From IMG/VR virus record IMGVR_UViG_3300033406_000383: DNA of 64,000 bases; one strand, given 5' to 3'. Positions 21,089 through 31,554 of the stretch are shown here, piece after piece (position 1 is the stretch's first letter; every line of letters starts with the position of its first letter). Both the position numbers and the translations under genes were made by a program. Source of the stretch: an uncultured virus (IMG/VR IMGVR_UViG_3300033406_000383) (Duplodnaviria; Heunggongvirae; Uroviricota; Caudoviricetes). The notes beneath the pieces are model-generated. The model did not search any database. It worked only from the letters and a program-made list of their open reading frames with translations, and was not told the DNA's origin.

Positions 21089-21500
21089 GGTTCGCCTCCT
21101 TTCGACGAAATCCCATGACAAAGTAAGGGAGCCACTGAATCCCACGATATACGCAGGACTTAGTGACTCCATAGATTACAGGGATTTCTTGAGTTAATAT
21201 CTTGTTGTATCTTAGATACACCGCTACATGGTGTTCGTTCATTACCTTTGTAAGTACTATGTCTCCAAAGGTTAAATCATTGACATCTTCGACCTTCTCA
21301 AAGTTTGCTAATAGGTATCTCAGCATCCTCAGTGGTTTTTTCTTTGATGTTTCTACGGTTCCAATAGGTAGCCCATCGTCTATCACGTATCCAAAGATCT
21401 CCTTGTAGAACAGAGTGCAAAGTCCTGCACAATCACAGGCGTCTTTGTCACTCCTTCCGTATTCGTGGACAATTCCAATGAATTTATTTAAGTCTTCCAA
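21063..21500 (-). CDS. NlpC/P60 tail-associated peptidase
   Basis: GRSDKDACDCAGL...GDIVL...HHVAVY; TTG start after AGGAGGTGA. Confidence 0.85.
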   Translation of the reverse strand: MEDLNKFIGIVHEYGRSDKDACDCAGLCTLFYKEIFGYVIDDGLPIGTVETSKKKPLRMLRYLLANFEKVEDVNDLTFGDIVLTKVMNEHHVAVYLRYNKILTQEIPVIYGVTKSCVYRGIQWLPYFVMGFRRKEANHEPSNVNH

Positions 21501-21696
21501 AAGTTCACCTCCTGTAAGCCTCGTAGCGAAGATTTAACGTAGTACATAATGCAATCCTATGCATCACTACGCTATTCCTCTGTATCACGCTGTAAACGTG
21601 GTTAAACTTGATTTAGACGAATTTCCAAAGTTTCTATGTATAATTATGGAAGAGTTGTGGTATACTGTAGGTAACAATGAATACGGAGGGATAACT

Positions 21697-22068
21697 ATGT
21701 TGAAACGTGTGATAACGATGATTTGTGCGGTGATGTTTTGGACAAGCGTGGGGATGGCTGCGGAGAACTGGGAGTACTGCGGAATGCATAATGACACTCC
21801 AAGATATATAGATACTTCGAGCGTAAAAGTGTTTACCATAGGAACTAATGAAATTATCAAAGCAAAATTTAAGTCCATTAAGAGTGATACTAAGTACTCA
21901 ATTGACTACTACAAGGTGGACAAGGATTCCAAGAACTATATGCTCTATCAATGGGAAAACTTTGAAAATGATAAGTTAGTGTATCAGTATATTTCTAAGA
22001 ACCCATCATGGAATACATATGATATTGACAACATTATAGTCAATGAAATACTTAAGAGAGCCAACTAA
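21697..22068 (+). CDS. secreted/periplasmic moron protein inserted antisense in the tail module
   Basis: GGAGGG RBS; signal peptide MLKRVITMICAVMFWTSVGMA-A; upstream TG-N-TATACT extended -10; AT-rich. Confidence 0.75.
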   Translation: MLKRVITMICAVMFWTSVGMAAENWEYCGMHNDTPRYIDTSSVKVFTIGTNEIIKAKFKSIKSDTKYSIDYYKVDKDSKNYMLYQWENFENDKLVYQYISKNPSWNTYDIDNIIVNEILKRAN

Positions 22069-22082
22069 GGCTCTCTTTGTTT
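22053..22082. terminator. hairpin terminator between the converging moron and tape-measure genes
   Basis: AAGAGAGCC-aactaa-GGCTCTCTT followed by TGTTT. Confidence 0.7.
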
Positions 22083-25000
22083 ATATATTGTAGTTATTAC
22101 GCTTCATCCGAGTAATCTGTGCGTATAGATCATCATCGGACTGTGCCATCGTAATCGGCTGAAGTGCAGTGATACCACCTTGGTTACTACCTTTCTGAAT
22201 CATCGTCATCAACATTTGATTCTGAGTTCTCATGAGCGCATTTTGTTCATCGAGTTTACTTAGGTGTTCTGCGTTAATACTCGCGAGTTGCTGAGTTGCT
22301 GATGCTTGACTTGCGATGGACATTGTTTTCTCAGATACGTTTGCGGTGACCTGAGTACCTTTGCTGATTTTACTATTGGCATAACCAAGTAATCCTTGTT
22401 GTCTCTTGTCACCCTTAGCGAGTTTTGCAAGGTTAATTATAGTTTCCTCTTCATCGGTCTCTCCAATAAGTGCATTGGTAGGTCTATTAACTAATCCACC
22501 GTCAGCAAATGCTGTTGAAGGGAAATATTGCGATGCATTGCTTGCACTATTGGTAAGGTTGGCAACGCTAGTATTGGTTGTTCCACCACTTACACCAAAG
22601 AGTCCCAAAATACTACTGAGTAATCCAGGGGTGCTATTCTGAATCTTAAAGAGTGCCTTTAGCGCATCATTGGCAAGTCCCTGCCATAAGTTATTCCATA
22701 CGGACTTCAATGAATTACCTTGGATCAACACTTCCTGAGTTATACCATAGAGACCATCTTTGATCTTGGAATTCTTATCATACTCAAGTTGTTTGATGGC
22801 ATTAGCATTGTTAGCAGTAATGGCACGTTGTTTATTCGCAGCATCCTGAGCTAGCGTAAGATTTCTTTGGATACTCGCACGTTTCTCTGCGTCTTTTTCG
22901 TTATCCAAAGCAGTCTCATAATCTTTGACTTCCTTATCGAGTCGCTTTTGAATATCTGCGTATACTTTGTCATCCTCTTGTCTCGCATGGAGTCTTATAG
23001 CATTCAAAGTTATATCATTATTTGGATCAAATTTATTCGTAGAGTTCGCCAAAAGAATATCTTCAGTTACCTTGTTGCGATCTAGTCTGGCTTTCTCAAG
23101 TTCCTCTTCTTTGAATGGTGACGATAACTCTCTGATATCATTGGATATCTTAGTTTTCTCTTTGCGAGCCTTGCTTGCGTCTTCTTCCCAAGCATAGAAA
23201 GCTGCGGTTTCTGCTTTGATATCAGCATGAGCATCCATGACATCCCTGCGTTGAATCTTAAGTCCTGCCTTAGTAACCTTATTCATTGCATCCCAGTCAG
23301 CCTTAGAAGGAACGCCGAATTCCCTAAGTAATTCCTCAGAATTCCCTATTTTTTCATCGAGTTCCTTACCTAACTTTTCTGCCATGAAATTACTGTACCA
23401 CTCTTGGTTATTCAGTTCTTGCCTACGATTTTGCATAAGTGATAATCGTTGTACTACAGTTTCCGCAGTTTTACCTTCGATTTTCTCATTAGTGTTTAGA
23501 GTATCTATGGAGTCTGCATAAGCATCGGTTGCGAGTTTTGCCTTGTGAAGTGCTAAGGTTACATCGTCTTTATAGGCATCTCTCTCGATTTTCCGTGATG
23601 GATCTGAGGGAAGTACACCACCATTGGTAGTGTCTTTGACTTTCTTAGGGTTTCCGCTTGGTTCATAGTTATCTCCACCTGCACCGATTTCCTTGAAGTT
23701 AACATTGCCAGCAGTGATACCTTTGCGTTCTCCCTCGGCTTTCGCAAGGTCAGCTTTGTATCTATCTAGTGGTTCATTAACTATTGCCTTACCAGCATCC
23801 CTTGACTCCTCAGCTTTACTAGCTAGTTCTGCGATGTTTCTTTGGTATGTAGCGATAACACTAGGATCGCTACCGCCATCTGCAATGTATTTGTCTAGTC
23901 TCGCCTGGGTTGACTCTTGTCCCCTTTCGAGTCCAGCAGTATTCCATTCTTGCATTGTTAACATCGCTGCTTTCCATACGCCAAGCAATGCAATCTTTTT
24001 ACTTATTGAATCTTTAAATGCATCAACTTCGTCATAATACGCAGCTATACAGTTTTGTAACCAGTATATCTTATTATCCAAGTCGGTTTTCATTGCATTT
24101 TTCATGTCATTCAATGAAATTTTCTTAGTATCTTGTGCCTTTGTAAATGTATTCTTTTCTATTTCAATTTGCTCTACAGACCACCCACTTTGCCTAATTC
24201 TTTCCATAGCAGCTTCACCGAGAACCTTGGTTAATTCTTGTTCAGTCGCTGTTATGTCTTGGTTTATCAATATTTTCTTTTCAGCAGATTTAGATTCATC
24301 CTGAGACTGTAGTAAAAGTTTCTCCCTAGATGAAAACATAGCGTCTACGAATTCGCCTTGTTTCTTCATTTGTTCCATTTGTTGCTCTTGTACCGCTATA
24401 GCATCTTGTTTTGTTTGTATAGCGTCTCTATCAGCATTATTAGCTTTTCCTATGCTTTCAGCGTATGTTCCAATAACCGTCGCTGCTACACCAAGGAGTG
24501 CCATGATAATATTTGTTTTACTAAGGAATGCCGATGCTCTACCGAATGCCGTGGTTGCCACTGCTGCTTCCGTTGCTGCTATAGCTACACTATTGTAAAC
24601 CTTCGCCAATAACCCTGCAGTTATTGATAAAACTGTAAGTGTCACTACGGTATCTGTAACTGCCTTTGGGACACTTTTTAAACCCATGACTAAGTTATCT
24701 ACACCTGCGAGTTGTTCTTTCCAATACTTAGTTAAACCATTGTTACCACCATCTACTGCGAGCCCTTGGAGGTCTGCGGTTAGGCGTTGAATTCTTCTGG
24801 CAATTGTGTCAATCTGTATTTGTACTTGGTCTGCTGCGAATCCCGTAGAGTTTACAGCTTCTCCCCAAGTTGCAATAAATGTCTTATAGTCCCCAAGCAT
24901 TGCTGCAGTTTTAGCCCATTGAAACTTTCCTCCGCTGACCGCTTTGAACAAATCCTCAAGGTTCTTCTCTGAACCTTGTGCAAGCACAGCGATGTCAAGA

Positions 25001-26493
25001 AGAACGTCTTGAGCTTTCCTAAGCTCTACTGTGCCATCTTTGCCGACCTTCTTAGTAGCAACACCAAGGGCTTCTATTTCATCAGTAGCTTTTTTACTAT
25101 GAATACTACCGAGTACGGACTTAAACATATTACCGATATTTTCACCTGATAACTGAGTGCCCCTTGTTGTCGTAGCTATCATAGCATTAAGAAATTCAAA
25201 ATCTACACCTGCTAACCTTGCGACTGACCCTGTACGAGATATAGCAGCAAAAAGATCCTGTGCTGTTGTACCTGCAGTATGTGCTAATTTTGTTACGACA
25301 TCTATGACCTTTCCTGAGTATGCCATAGCTTCCGTAGTATCCTTGGCTACCATGCCATATTGAAACATCGCTGCCTCAACACCTCTATTAGCATCTATAA
25401 GGCTCATATTATCCGCAACTGCAACTATGGCAGACTGGTGTGTTAATGCGTTTACAATGTTTAAATCCTTATACATTCTGCCCCATGATGTCCCAGCCTT
25501 AACAATGTTTTCAACGCTCTCTCCGTATGTTGCTGCGATATCTATGAATTTCTGTGCTTCAACATTGATGGCTTGTTGATTACCATGTAAATCTTTACTA
25601 ACCTGTTGCATCCCTGCCATCGCTTGGTCTACCTTTTTAATAGCTTCAAAGCTCTGCATAGGAATACTAAAAATTCCAGCAAGTAACAGTCCGCTGCTCA
25701 ACCATTCTAAATGGCTCTTAATACGCCTACCAAAACCATCAAGCATTGTGGTGGATCTTGCAATAGAGTTTGTATATTCATTCTGAGTTGCGACAAGCCT
25801 CCTAAGATCAGCTTGTGCTCTGTTGTACGCAGTAATGTCTCCAGATGTCCCAGATTTCTTTTGAGCAACATATAATCTCTCAGCTTCATCTGCTGCCTTG
25901 CGGATTTGTGTTTGTAAATTAATGTAGGACTGTGGAGTCATTTGTTCTTTTAGTTGTGCGGAGAATCCTTGAGATCCCCTAAGTTGATCTTTATAATATT
26001 GATCCTGTGCAGCAACATTGGTTCTTTCCTTAGCAGAACTTATAAGCCCCACGTTTGCATATTGTTCCTTCATCTGAGCTACAAAGTTAGCATCATAAGC
26101 ACCCTTGGCTCTGTCAGCGTATGCTTTGTTTCTCGCAGTTTCCCAAGATTGTACAACTTTGGCTTGCTCTTGAAGTGCCTTTGAATTATCACGGATTGCG
26201 GTAGCTTGATCCTTGAGTCTTTGGTTTTCCGAAGCTACTGCAGTACGTTCTTTGGCTTGACTAATGGAATTCTGTAATGCCTTGTAATTCTTTAGCTCTG
26301 CTTGGGCTTGCTTAAGACCTTCTTGTAATTCCTTAAGGGATTTAAGTTCACCATAGAAAAGTGTAGATTTATCATCGCTTTTCTTAGCAGTTGCTACAGC
26401 TTCTTTGAAATCTTGGACTTGCCGAGTAGCTTGAGTAACCTGAGTTGTGTCTATCACGATTTTACTTGAGATAATACCTGGAGTATCTGCCAA
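22081..26493 (-). CDS. tail tape measure protein (TP901 core-like)
   Basis: 1470 aa helical protein, central TTAQDLFAAISRTGSVA...GENIGNMFKS, C-terminal AFADGGLV; follows the tail chaperone. Confidence 0.92.
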   Translation of the reverse strand: MADTPGIISSKIVIDTTQVTQATRQVQDFKEAVATAKKSDDKSTLFYGELKSLKELQEGLKQAQAELKNYKALQNSISQAKERTAVASENQRLKDQATAIRDNSKALQEQAKVVQSWETARNKAYADRAKGAYDANFVAQMKEQYANVGLISSAKERTNVAAQDQYYKDQLRGSQGFSAQLKEQMTPQSYINLQTQIRKAADEAERLYVAQKKSGTSGDITAYNRAQADLRRLVATQNEYTNSIARSTTMLDGFGRRIKSHLEWLSSGLLLAGIFSIPMQSFEAIKKVDQAMAGMQQVSKDLHGNQQAINVEAQKFIDIAATYGESVENIVKAGTSWGRMYKDLNIVNALTHQSAIVAVADNMSLIDANRGVEAAMFQYGMVAKDTTEAMAYSGKVIDVVTKLAHTAGTTAQDLFAAISRTGSVARLAGVDFEFLNAMIATTTRGTQLSGENIGNMFKSVLGSIHSKKATDEIEALGVATKKVGKDGTVELRKAQDVLLDIAVLAQGSEKNLEDLFKAVSGGKFQWAKTAAMLGDYKTFIATWGEAVNSTGFAADQVQIQIDTIARRIQRLTADLQGLAVDGGNNGLTKYWKEQLAGVDNLVMGLKSVPKAVTDTVVTLTVLSITAGLLAKVYNSVAIAATEAAVATTAFGRASAFLSKTNIIMALLGVAATVIGTYAESIGKANNADRDAIQTKQDAIAVQEQQMEQMKKQGEFVDAMFSSREKLLLQSQDESKSAEKKILINQDITATEQELTKVLGEAAMERIRQSGWSVEQIEIEKNTFTKAQDTKKISLNDMKNAMKTDLDNKIYWLQNCIAAYYDEVDAFKDSISKKIALLGVWKAAMLTMQEWNTAGLERGQESTQARLDKYIADGGSDPSVIATYQRNIAELASKAEESRDAGKAIVNEPLDRYKADLAKAEGERKGITAGNVNFKEIGAGGDNYEPSGNPKKVKDTTNGGVLPSDPSRKIERDAYKDDVTLALHKAKLATDAYADSIDTLNTNEKIEGKTAETVVQRLSLMQNRRQELNNQEWYSNFMAEKLGKELDEKIGNSEELLREFGVPSKADWDAMNKVTKAGLKIQRRDVMDAHADIKAETAAFYAWEEDASKARKEKTKISNDIRELSSPFKEEELEKARLDRNKVTEDILLANSTNKFDPNNDITLNAIRLHARQEDDKVYADIQKRLDKEVKDYETALDNEKDAEKRASIQRNLTLAQDAANKQRAITANNANAIKQLEYDKNSKIKDGLYGITQEVLIQGNSLKSVWNNLWQGLANDALKALFKIQNSTPGLLSSILGLFGVSGGTTNTSVANLTNSASNASQYFPSTAFADGGLVNRPTNALIGETDEEETIINLAKLAKGDKRQQGLLGYANSKISKGTQVTANVSEKTMSIASQASATQQLASINAEHLSKLDEQNALMRTQNQMLMTMIQKGSNQGGITALQPITMAQSDDDLYAQITRMKRNNYNI

Positions 26494-26511
26494 TGTTCAC
26501 CACCGTCCTTT

Positions 26512-26745
26512 CTATGCCAAAAACCCAAGTTCCTTGAGCCTATCAACGGCATCTTTGCCTTCCAGTGCCTTCTTGGGTTTATCCTCAGCAATATCATCAT
26601 TGACTTCAGCGAATGCCTGGAATAACTTTTCAATCTGTGGAATCGTGAGTTTGCCAATGGATTCTGTGGTTTCGCTCGTGTTCTGTATTAGGCTTGCACA
26701 GAGAACCCAGAAGTCAAAATCTTCTCCTCCACTTTCCGCTTTTTT
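26512..26745 (-). CDS. gpT-like extension reached by -1 frameshift at A_AAA_AAG (26739-26745)
   Basis: GTA AAA AAG slippery heptamer; the -1 frame continues KKAESGGEDFDFWVLC...LTIPQIEKL to the stop at 26512. Confidence 0.75.
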   Translation of the reverse strand, partial: KKAESGGEDFDFWVLCASLIQNTSETTESIGKLTIPQIEKLFQAFAEVNDDIAEDKPKKALEGKDAVDRLKELGFLA

Positions 26746-27113
26746 ACGAGGAGACCACTGAGTCCCTGGAACATATGAAGGACTTCTTCGATTTGACGAA
26801 TGGTGATCCATGAATCCGTAGTTTCCCATGGCTCTTTCAGTGCAATTTCAAGTAACTCTTGCATAGCATTGAATGCCTCAGTGTCCATGATTTCTTCGCC
26901 ATCTTCGTTTAGCATTAAATTACCTTGTTCATCCAATAGTGGAGATGGATAATTGCTAATGATATATTCAATGTTTATTTTCTTGAATAGCTCTTGGACT
27001 TTTAGGTAGTCTCTTGATAACATCGCATGTACATAGTGCTTCTTCTTGGTATCTTTATCTAGTACGTATTCTAAGGTTCCTAAGTATTCCTCGGTTCTCG
27101 TATCAGTTGCCAT
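26688..27113 (-). CDS. tail assembly chaperone (gpG-like)
   Basis: Between major tail and tape measure genes; AGGAGG RBS. Confidence 0.8.
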   Translation of the reverse strand: MATDTRTEEYLGTLEYVLDKDTKKKHYVHAMLSRDYLKVQELFKKINIEYIISNYPSPLLDEQGNLMLNEDGEEIMDTEAFNAMQELLEIALKEPWETTDSWITIRQIEEVLHMFQGLSGLLVKKRKVEEKILTSGFSVQA

Positions 27114-27202
27114 TGTATACCTCCTATTTCTTTGCTTATTCAAGAGCTCAACCTAAGTTAAACCCTTGAATAAGCAAAGGGAACCTTTCGGCTCCCAGTG
27201 AG

Positions 27203-28000
27203 TTACACTGCTAACTGAGACATCTGTAGAAGAATTCCGTCAGTCCTTGTCGTATCATAAAATACTTCAAAGTCTAACTTCTGAGCATCTGCGGATTGAC
27301 GTTTGTGATTCAATGTTAGCTTGCCATCGCTTTTTGCTCGGTGAATTACAGTATGAATAGTGTTCTTCACACCATCGCCCATGTCAATAGCCTTAGAAAT
27401 ATGGCGAATACTTACGAACCCAGGTACTCCAGCGTTAGTCACTGTAGCAGCACGAGAAACTGTGTCAGTATACAGTGCATTTACGCTGATATACTTGTTA
27501 GTCACCGATGCACCCAATGTTATTACACCTGCTGCGGTCATTGTAAATTCTGTAGCTGACGGTGCAGTCGCCTTGTACTTTAGGGGTGTAGGATTAACTA
27601 AACCTAAAGCATCATCAGAGATAATCACTACGGCACTCGTAGGAATCAATGTAGTCAATGATCCTGGTACTGTAAACGCTGTTCCTGTGGCGATCAAAGT
27701 AGCAGGAGTATTGCTGATGAGAGTGCCATTGTTTGACATTGTTGCGCCTTTGACAAAACTCAGCCAATCGAGAGAAAATCTGGCTTCAGTAAATGACACC
27801 TTGCATTCTTGATCTTTATCAATGATATACACAGGATAAGGACTGTCTGACCCGTAGATTTTTTCTAGGGAACCTGAGAATTCCAAAGTCATATCTTGGA
27901 GAGTCCCCAGTGGTACTGTTTGTGTCACTCCATTGTTGACTACGTTCAAATATGCGGTTCCTACGCCGTTTAAGCAAATAGGATTAGCGTTGTTTCCCAT
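27203..28000 (-). CDS. major tail (tube) protein
   Basis: Position, size, beta-rich sequence (LGTLQDMTLEFSG..EKIYG); flanked by terminator hairpins at ~27179-27197 and ~28040-28067. Confidence 0.8.
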   Translation of the reverse strand: MGNNANPICLNGVGTAYLNVVNNGVTQTVPLGTLQDMTLEFSGSLEKIYGSDSPYPVYIIDKDQECKVSFTEARFSLDWLSFVKGATMSNNGTLISNTPATLIATGTAFTVPGSLTTLIPTSAVVIISDDALGLVNPTPLKYKATAPSATEFTMTAAGVITLGASVTNKYISVNALYTDTVSRAATVTNAGVPGFVSIRHISKAIDMGDGVKNTIHTVIHRAKSDGKLTLNHKRQSADAQKLDFEVFYDTTRTDGILLQMSQLAV

Positions 28001-28066
28001 TGTATCTACCTCTTTCTTTGTTTATTTTAGATATAACAAAGGAGACCACCGTTTCCGGTGGTCTCC

Positions 28067-28516
28067 TTAAGACTCTACGAACTGTTTTATTCTCATTGAA
28101 TAACAATATATTTCTGGAAGCGGAACACTGCGTTGTCCAGAGTAATAACACTGTGCGTCTTCAAAGTTTGCCTTAAGAATTCTCTTAACTGCTTTGAATA
28201 CCTGAGATGCCTGATGATAATTCACCGCATAGATATTGATCTCAATGTTTGGTCTGGATACTAGGAAATTCCCAGTTTCACTATATGATTCCAAGAACGA
28301 CATATCGATGAACGGCAGATCACCGGGGACAATCAAAGTCGGGTCAGCGAAACTACGTCTCACATTAGCGTCTGCTAGTGCTATATCTTGGTCTTCTGGC
28401 ATCATCGGAGATGCGAAGGTTACTTCGGGAACCCCTAGTAATCCCATGAGCTCAGAGTCCCCCGTGAAAACCGAGAACAATTCATTGAGTTTGTCAAATG
28501 AATCCATAGGCATCAC
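28067..28516 (-). CDS. tail terminator-like protein
   Basis: Synteny; P.IEINIYA motif. Confidence 0.55.
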   Translation of the reverse strand: MMPMDSFDKLNELFSVFTGDSELMGLLGVPEVTFASPMMPEDQDIALADANVRRSFADPTLIVPGDLPFIDMSFLESYSETGNFLVSRPNIEINIYAVNYHQASQVFKAVKRILKANFEDAQCYYSGQRSVPLPEIYCYSMRIKQFVES

Positions 28517-28522
28517 CGTCCT

Positions 28523-29074
28523 TCATATGTATATCTGTAGACTCATTGTTAACTGCTGTTGTACATAGGACGCTACGGCTTGCTGTATATGCATGATTAG
28601 CTCTGGGATTTCCTTCATGATTTCCTCTTGAATCACATGACTCGGCAAAAATGCTTTGTATCCTGGGTAATTACCAGATTTCCCGATGTCATGCTCAAGT
28701 CTTAGTCCTTCGGCTTTACCAGTGGATTGATATGTAGTACCATCAGGTCTATATACTGTTTCACCTTTGGCACGACCTACGAATTCATTGCCGTCGTTGT
28801 CACGACGAGGATTCCATCGGTCTGAGTTCTTATACTCTGCAAAGTATGGACTCGAAGTATCAATGAGATGACCACTTCCAAATTCCTTGATGAACGCAGC
28901 TTCTCCACTGGCATTTATAGTGGCAATCACAATGCTTCCAACGATGGTCGGAAGGCCACTATAGATTTCCTCTTTACCAATAATGGCTGACATGGAATTC
29001 CATCGATTCTTTACGTTAGCACATATGATATCAGTGTGAATCTTAATAACTCCTGCGATTATCTGCTCTATCAT
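28523..29074 (-). CDS. neck / tail completion protein (HK97 gp10-like)
   Basis: AAFIKEFGSG resembles the A.Y.EFGTG motif; synteny. Confidence 0.55.
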   Translation of the reverse strand: MIEQIIAGVIKIHTDIICANVKNRWNSMSAIIGKEEIYSGLPTIVGSIVIATINASGEAAFIKEFGSGHLIDTSSPYFAEYKNSDRWNPRRDNDGNEFVGRAKGETVYRPDGTTYQSTGKAEGLRLEHDIGKSGNYPGYKAFLPSHVIQEEIMKEIPELIMHIQQAVASYVQQQLTMSLQIYI

Positions 29075-29637
29075 CTTGTTACCCTAGAGTCAACCATAGT
29101 CTGCACTTGGAGTAGCCCTGGGTAACTCGATGTATTCATTGCGATAATCTGCATCGCTTCGCTATTAAACCTTATGCGATCCGAGAGTTTTACTTGCGAT
29201 AACAGAGGCATCAGGAATCGTCGAGTGGACTCCTTGAGCAACCCTGCGTCATACTGTATCATACGACCCGTAATGTCCTCGAAGAAACTAGGAACCGCGA
29301 GGGATACCTCGACTTCCGTAAGGTAGTCTTGGGTTGATCCTGTGTAGTGCTTGGAGACTCGGAAGATGTCTATGGTGGCATTGGTCTTCTGTAGTTGGCA
29401 CATTATAGTCCCAGTGGACGATGTTCTCATTGCAGTAACAAAGTATGAAACACTGTCAATAACAAAGATATCACCATCAGATGCTAAGGTATCACTTTGA
29501 AGCAATGCCTTGAATACATTGTTGAGCGCAGCTCTCGATGTTCCTTTGCTAAACCTTGATAAATTAAGATATTCTTCACGCTTGCCTATGATTGTACCAA
29601 GTATCTTAGATCCTTTGAAATATGCTTCGATTCCCAT
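29071..29637 (-). CDS. head closure / head-tail joining protein
   Basis: Synteny within the neck module. Confidence 0.5.
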   Translation of the reverse strand: MGIEAYFKGSKILGTIIGKREEYLNLSRFSKGTSRAALNNVFKALLQSDTLASDGDIFVIDSVSYFVTAMRTSSTGTIMCQLQKTNATIDIFRVSKHYTGSTQDYLTEVEVSLAVPSFFEDITGRMIQYDAGLLKESTRRFLMPLLSQVKLSDRIRFNSEAMQIIAMNTSSYPGLLQVQTMVDSRVTR

Positions 29638-29639
29638 GA

Positions 29640-30191
29640 TTACATCATATCCTTGTATTTTTTTAATAACCTACGGACATCAGAAGGTACAAAACTGTCA
29701 TCCCAAAATACTACGGATACATCGAGATCCTGTAATTGCTTAGATCCACTAAAACTCCCTGCTTGCGTGATATTCTGTGCAATCATAGCTACTGCGTGTT
29801 TAAGGTCTTCTGGTGCTTCTGCGAAACCAGAGGTATAACTAATATCAACCTTGGATATCGGAATGCCAAACATCTGTGTATCCATACCTACGAACTCAAA
29901 GTATCCGTAGTCATCTAAGATAATGTCAGTAGCTGCATAGGGGTACTTTGAGAATCCAAGAGGAGTTCTTGCGTATCCTTGGACATCAGTGATAACTATA
30001 TCTATATGGTTCTTTAGCTTACCTTTACGCTTACGATTGAGCGCGTGGGATTCAACATAGGATTTAGCTAAGATGTCCTTGTTGATAAATGAGTCAACAA
30101 TGGCTTCAGCCACAGTTACTTCATAGTCGGTAACATTGGTTATCATTAGACAGTATAGTGGAATCTCAAGTTCATCCAGGTATTTACCCAT
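29640..30191 (-). CDS. head-tail adaptor
   Basis: AEAIVDSFIN...ISYTSGF...PEDLKHAVAMIA...VRRLLKKY; start placed at MGKYL. Confidence 0.75.
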   Translation of the reverse strand: MGKYLDELEIPLYCLMITNVTDYEVTVAEAIVDSFINKDILAKSYVESHALNRKRKGKLKNHIDIVITDVQGYARTPLGFSKYPYAATDIILDDYGYFEFVGMDTQMFGIPISKVDISYTSGFAEAPEDLKHAVAMIAQNITQAGSFSGSKQLQDLDVSVVFWDDSFVPSDVRRLLKKYKDMM

Positions 30192-30192
30192 G

Positions 30193-30381
30193 TTATTCCA
30201 CCTCGATCCCAGATTCCTTAATAAGTGCATAGATTTTAGCGGATACCAATGCTTCACCGTTTACAAAGTTAACATATGAATTTCCAATATGTGCAGAGGT
30301 TATCTTCTTATCTTTCAAAGTGACTTTAAGTTCTTCCAGTGCTTCTTCAGTTGTTTCTTTGATCATCTTAATTTTCGCCAT
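30193..30381 (-). CDS. small head-associated protein
   Basis: AGGAGG RBS; FVNGEALVS motif; directly after the capsid gene. Confidence 0.6.
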   Translation of the reverse strand: MAKIKMIKETTEEALEELKVTLKDKKITSAHIGNSYVNFVNGEALVSAKIYALIKESGIEVE

Positions 30382-30429
30382 CGTATTCCTCCTTAGAATA
30401 AATTAGGGAGTCCGAAGACTCCCAGTGGA

Positions 30430-31482
30430 TTACTTAGTGAATTGACGAGTGATTAACTTATGACCATAAGTTGCATTTCTAAGGATAATATTGTCGAACA
30501 TTACAGCAATCTTATCGCTAGTTAATTGGTTATTGATCGCCATATCGAATACCATAGGAGTGCTTTGTCCAATGTATCTACGTTCGATCTGACGTTTGTT
30601 CAATAGAACGATAGGGTGATCATCAGATCCATTGGCTGTATTGTCTTCAATAACCAATTCATTGTCAACAACAATACCTACAAGTCCTTTAGCAGTCATA
30701 ATGGCAGGGATCTCAAAGCCAGGAACAATCTGTACAGTATAGTTTACAATATTGGTATTTCTAGCTCTTTCCTCTTTGATCCATTTATCCATTGTCATGC
30801 CATTCATAGCGAAGAACAGGTCACTACCAGCACCAGTGTTTTGCTTGGTATTAACATCCATTTTGGCTACTTCAGTTTCCATAATGTCAGTAAGTGTCAA
30901 AGTACTAGCTTTAGGGATAACTACTTTAGTTTGGATCTGAGTCATAAGACCAACATATTCTTGTGTTGTAGGAGTAGCTAGGTCAGTATCAGTACCATAC
31001 CAGAATTTATTATTTTGGAAACTAGCGATTTCCGCAGCCCAATCACCGATATCCTTAGTAACAAAGTCAGGCAATACACCTTGCTGTCTAGCGGTGATTG
31101 TATTGAAGAAGGGGTAAGAATATGTGCTAGTGACACATTTGATCATCGCAGATTTCGCTACACGACCATAGTCTTCATCGCGAGTCTTGTATGTTAAAGT
31201 TGTAGGCGATGAGAACTGAGTGTTATTAGGTTTCTTAGTTTGATCAATAAACATTGTAGGTTGTCCAGTGGCTTCCAGTGCAGGAACAATGTTAAAGATA
31301 CTTAGGTAATTCTTTTGGTAATCGTATATAGTGTCCTCGAACACCTGTAGGTGCATATTGTGACCTTCGTTTAACGTTGGATTCGTAAGAGCAGCAGCGC
31401 GAAGCTGAACTCTCTCTTGTACTGCATTGAAATACTTATTGAATCCATCGGAGCCATACGCTGCAAATTCCATTTTTTTCAT
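30430..31482 (-). CDS. major capsid protein
   Basis: 350 aa, follows protease/scaffold, followed by a GGGAG/CTCCC terminator hairpin at ~30406-30425. Confidence 0.8.
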   Translation of the reverse strand: MKKMEFAAYGSDGFNKYFNAVQERVQLRAAALTNPTLNEGHNMHLQVFEDTIYDYQKNYLSIFNIVPALEATGQPTMFIDQTKKPNNTQFSSPTTLTYKTRDEDYGRVAKSAMIKCVTSTYSYPFFNTITARQQGVLPDFVTKDIGDWAAEIASFQNNKFWYGTDTDLATPTTQEYVGLMTQIQTKVVIPKASTLTLTDIMETEVAKMDVNTKQNTGAGSDLFFAMNGMTMDKWIKEERARNTNIVNYTVQIVPGFEIPAIMTAKGLVGIVVDNELVIEDNTANGSDDHPIVLLNKRQIERRYIGQSTPMVFDMAINNQLTSDKIAVMFDNIILRNATYGHKLITRQFTK

Positions 31483-31554
31483 GTGTTATATCATCCTTTT
31501 CATTGTTTATTTTTTTATGCGTAATAAAAGGACACTCAATGGTGTCCATAGGGA

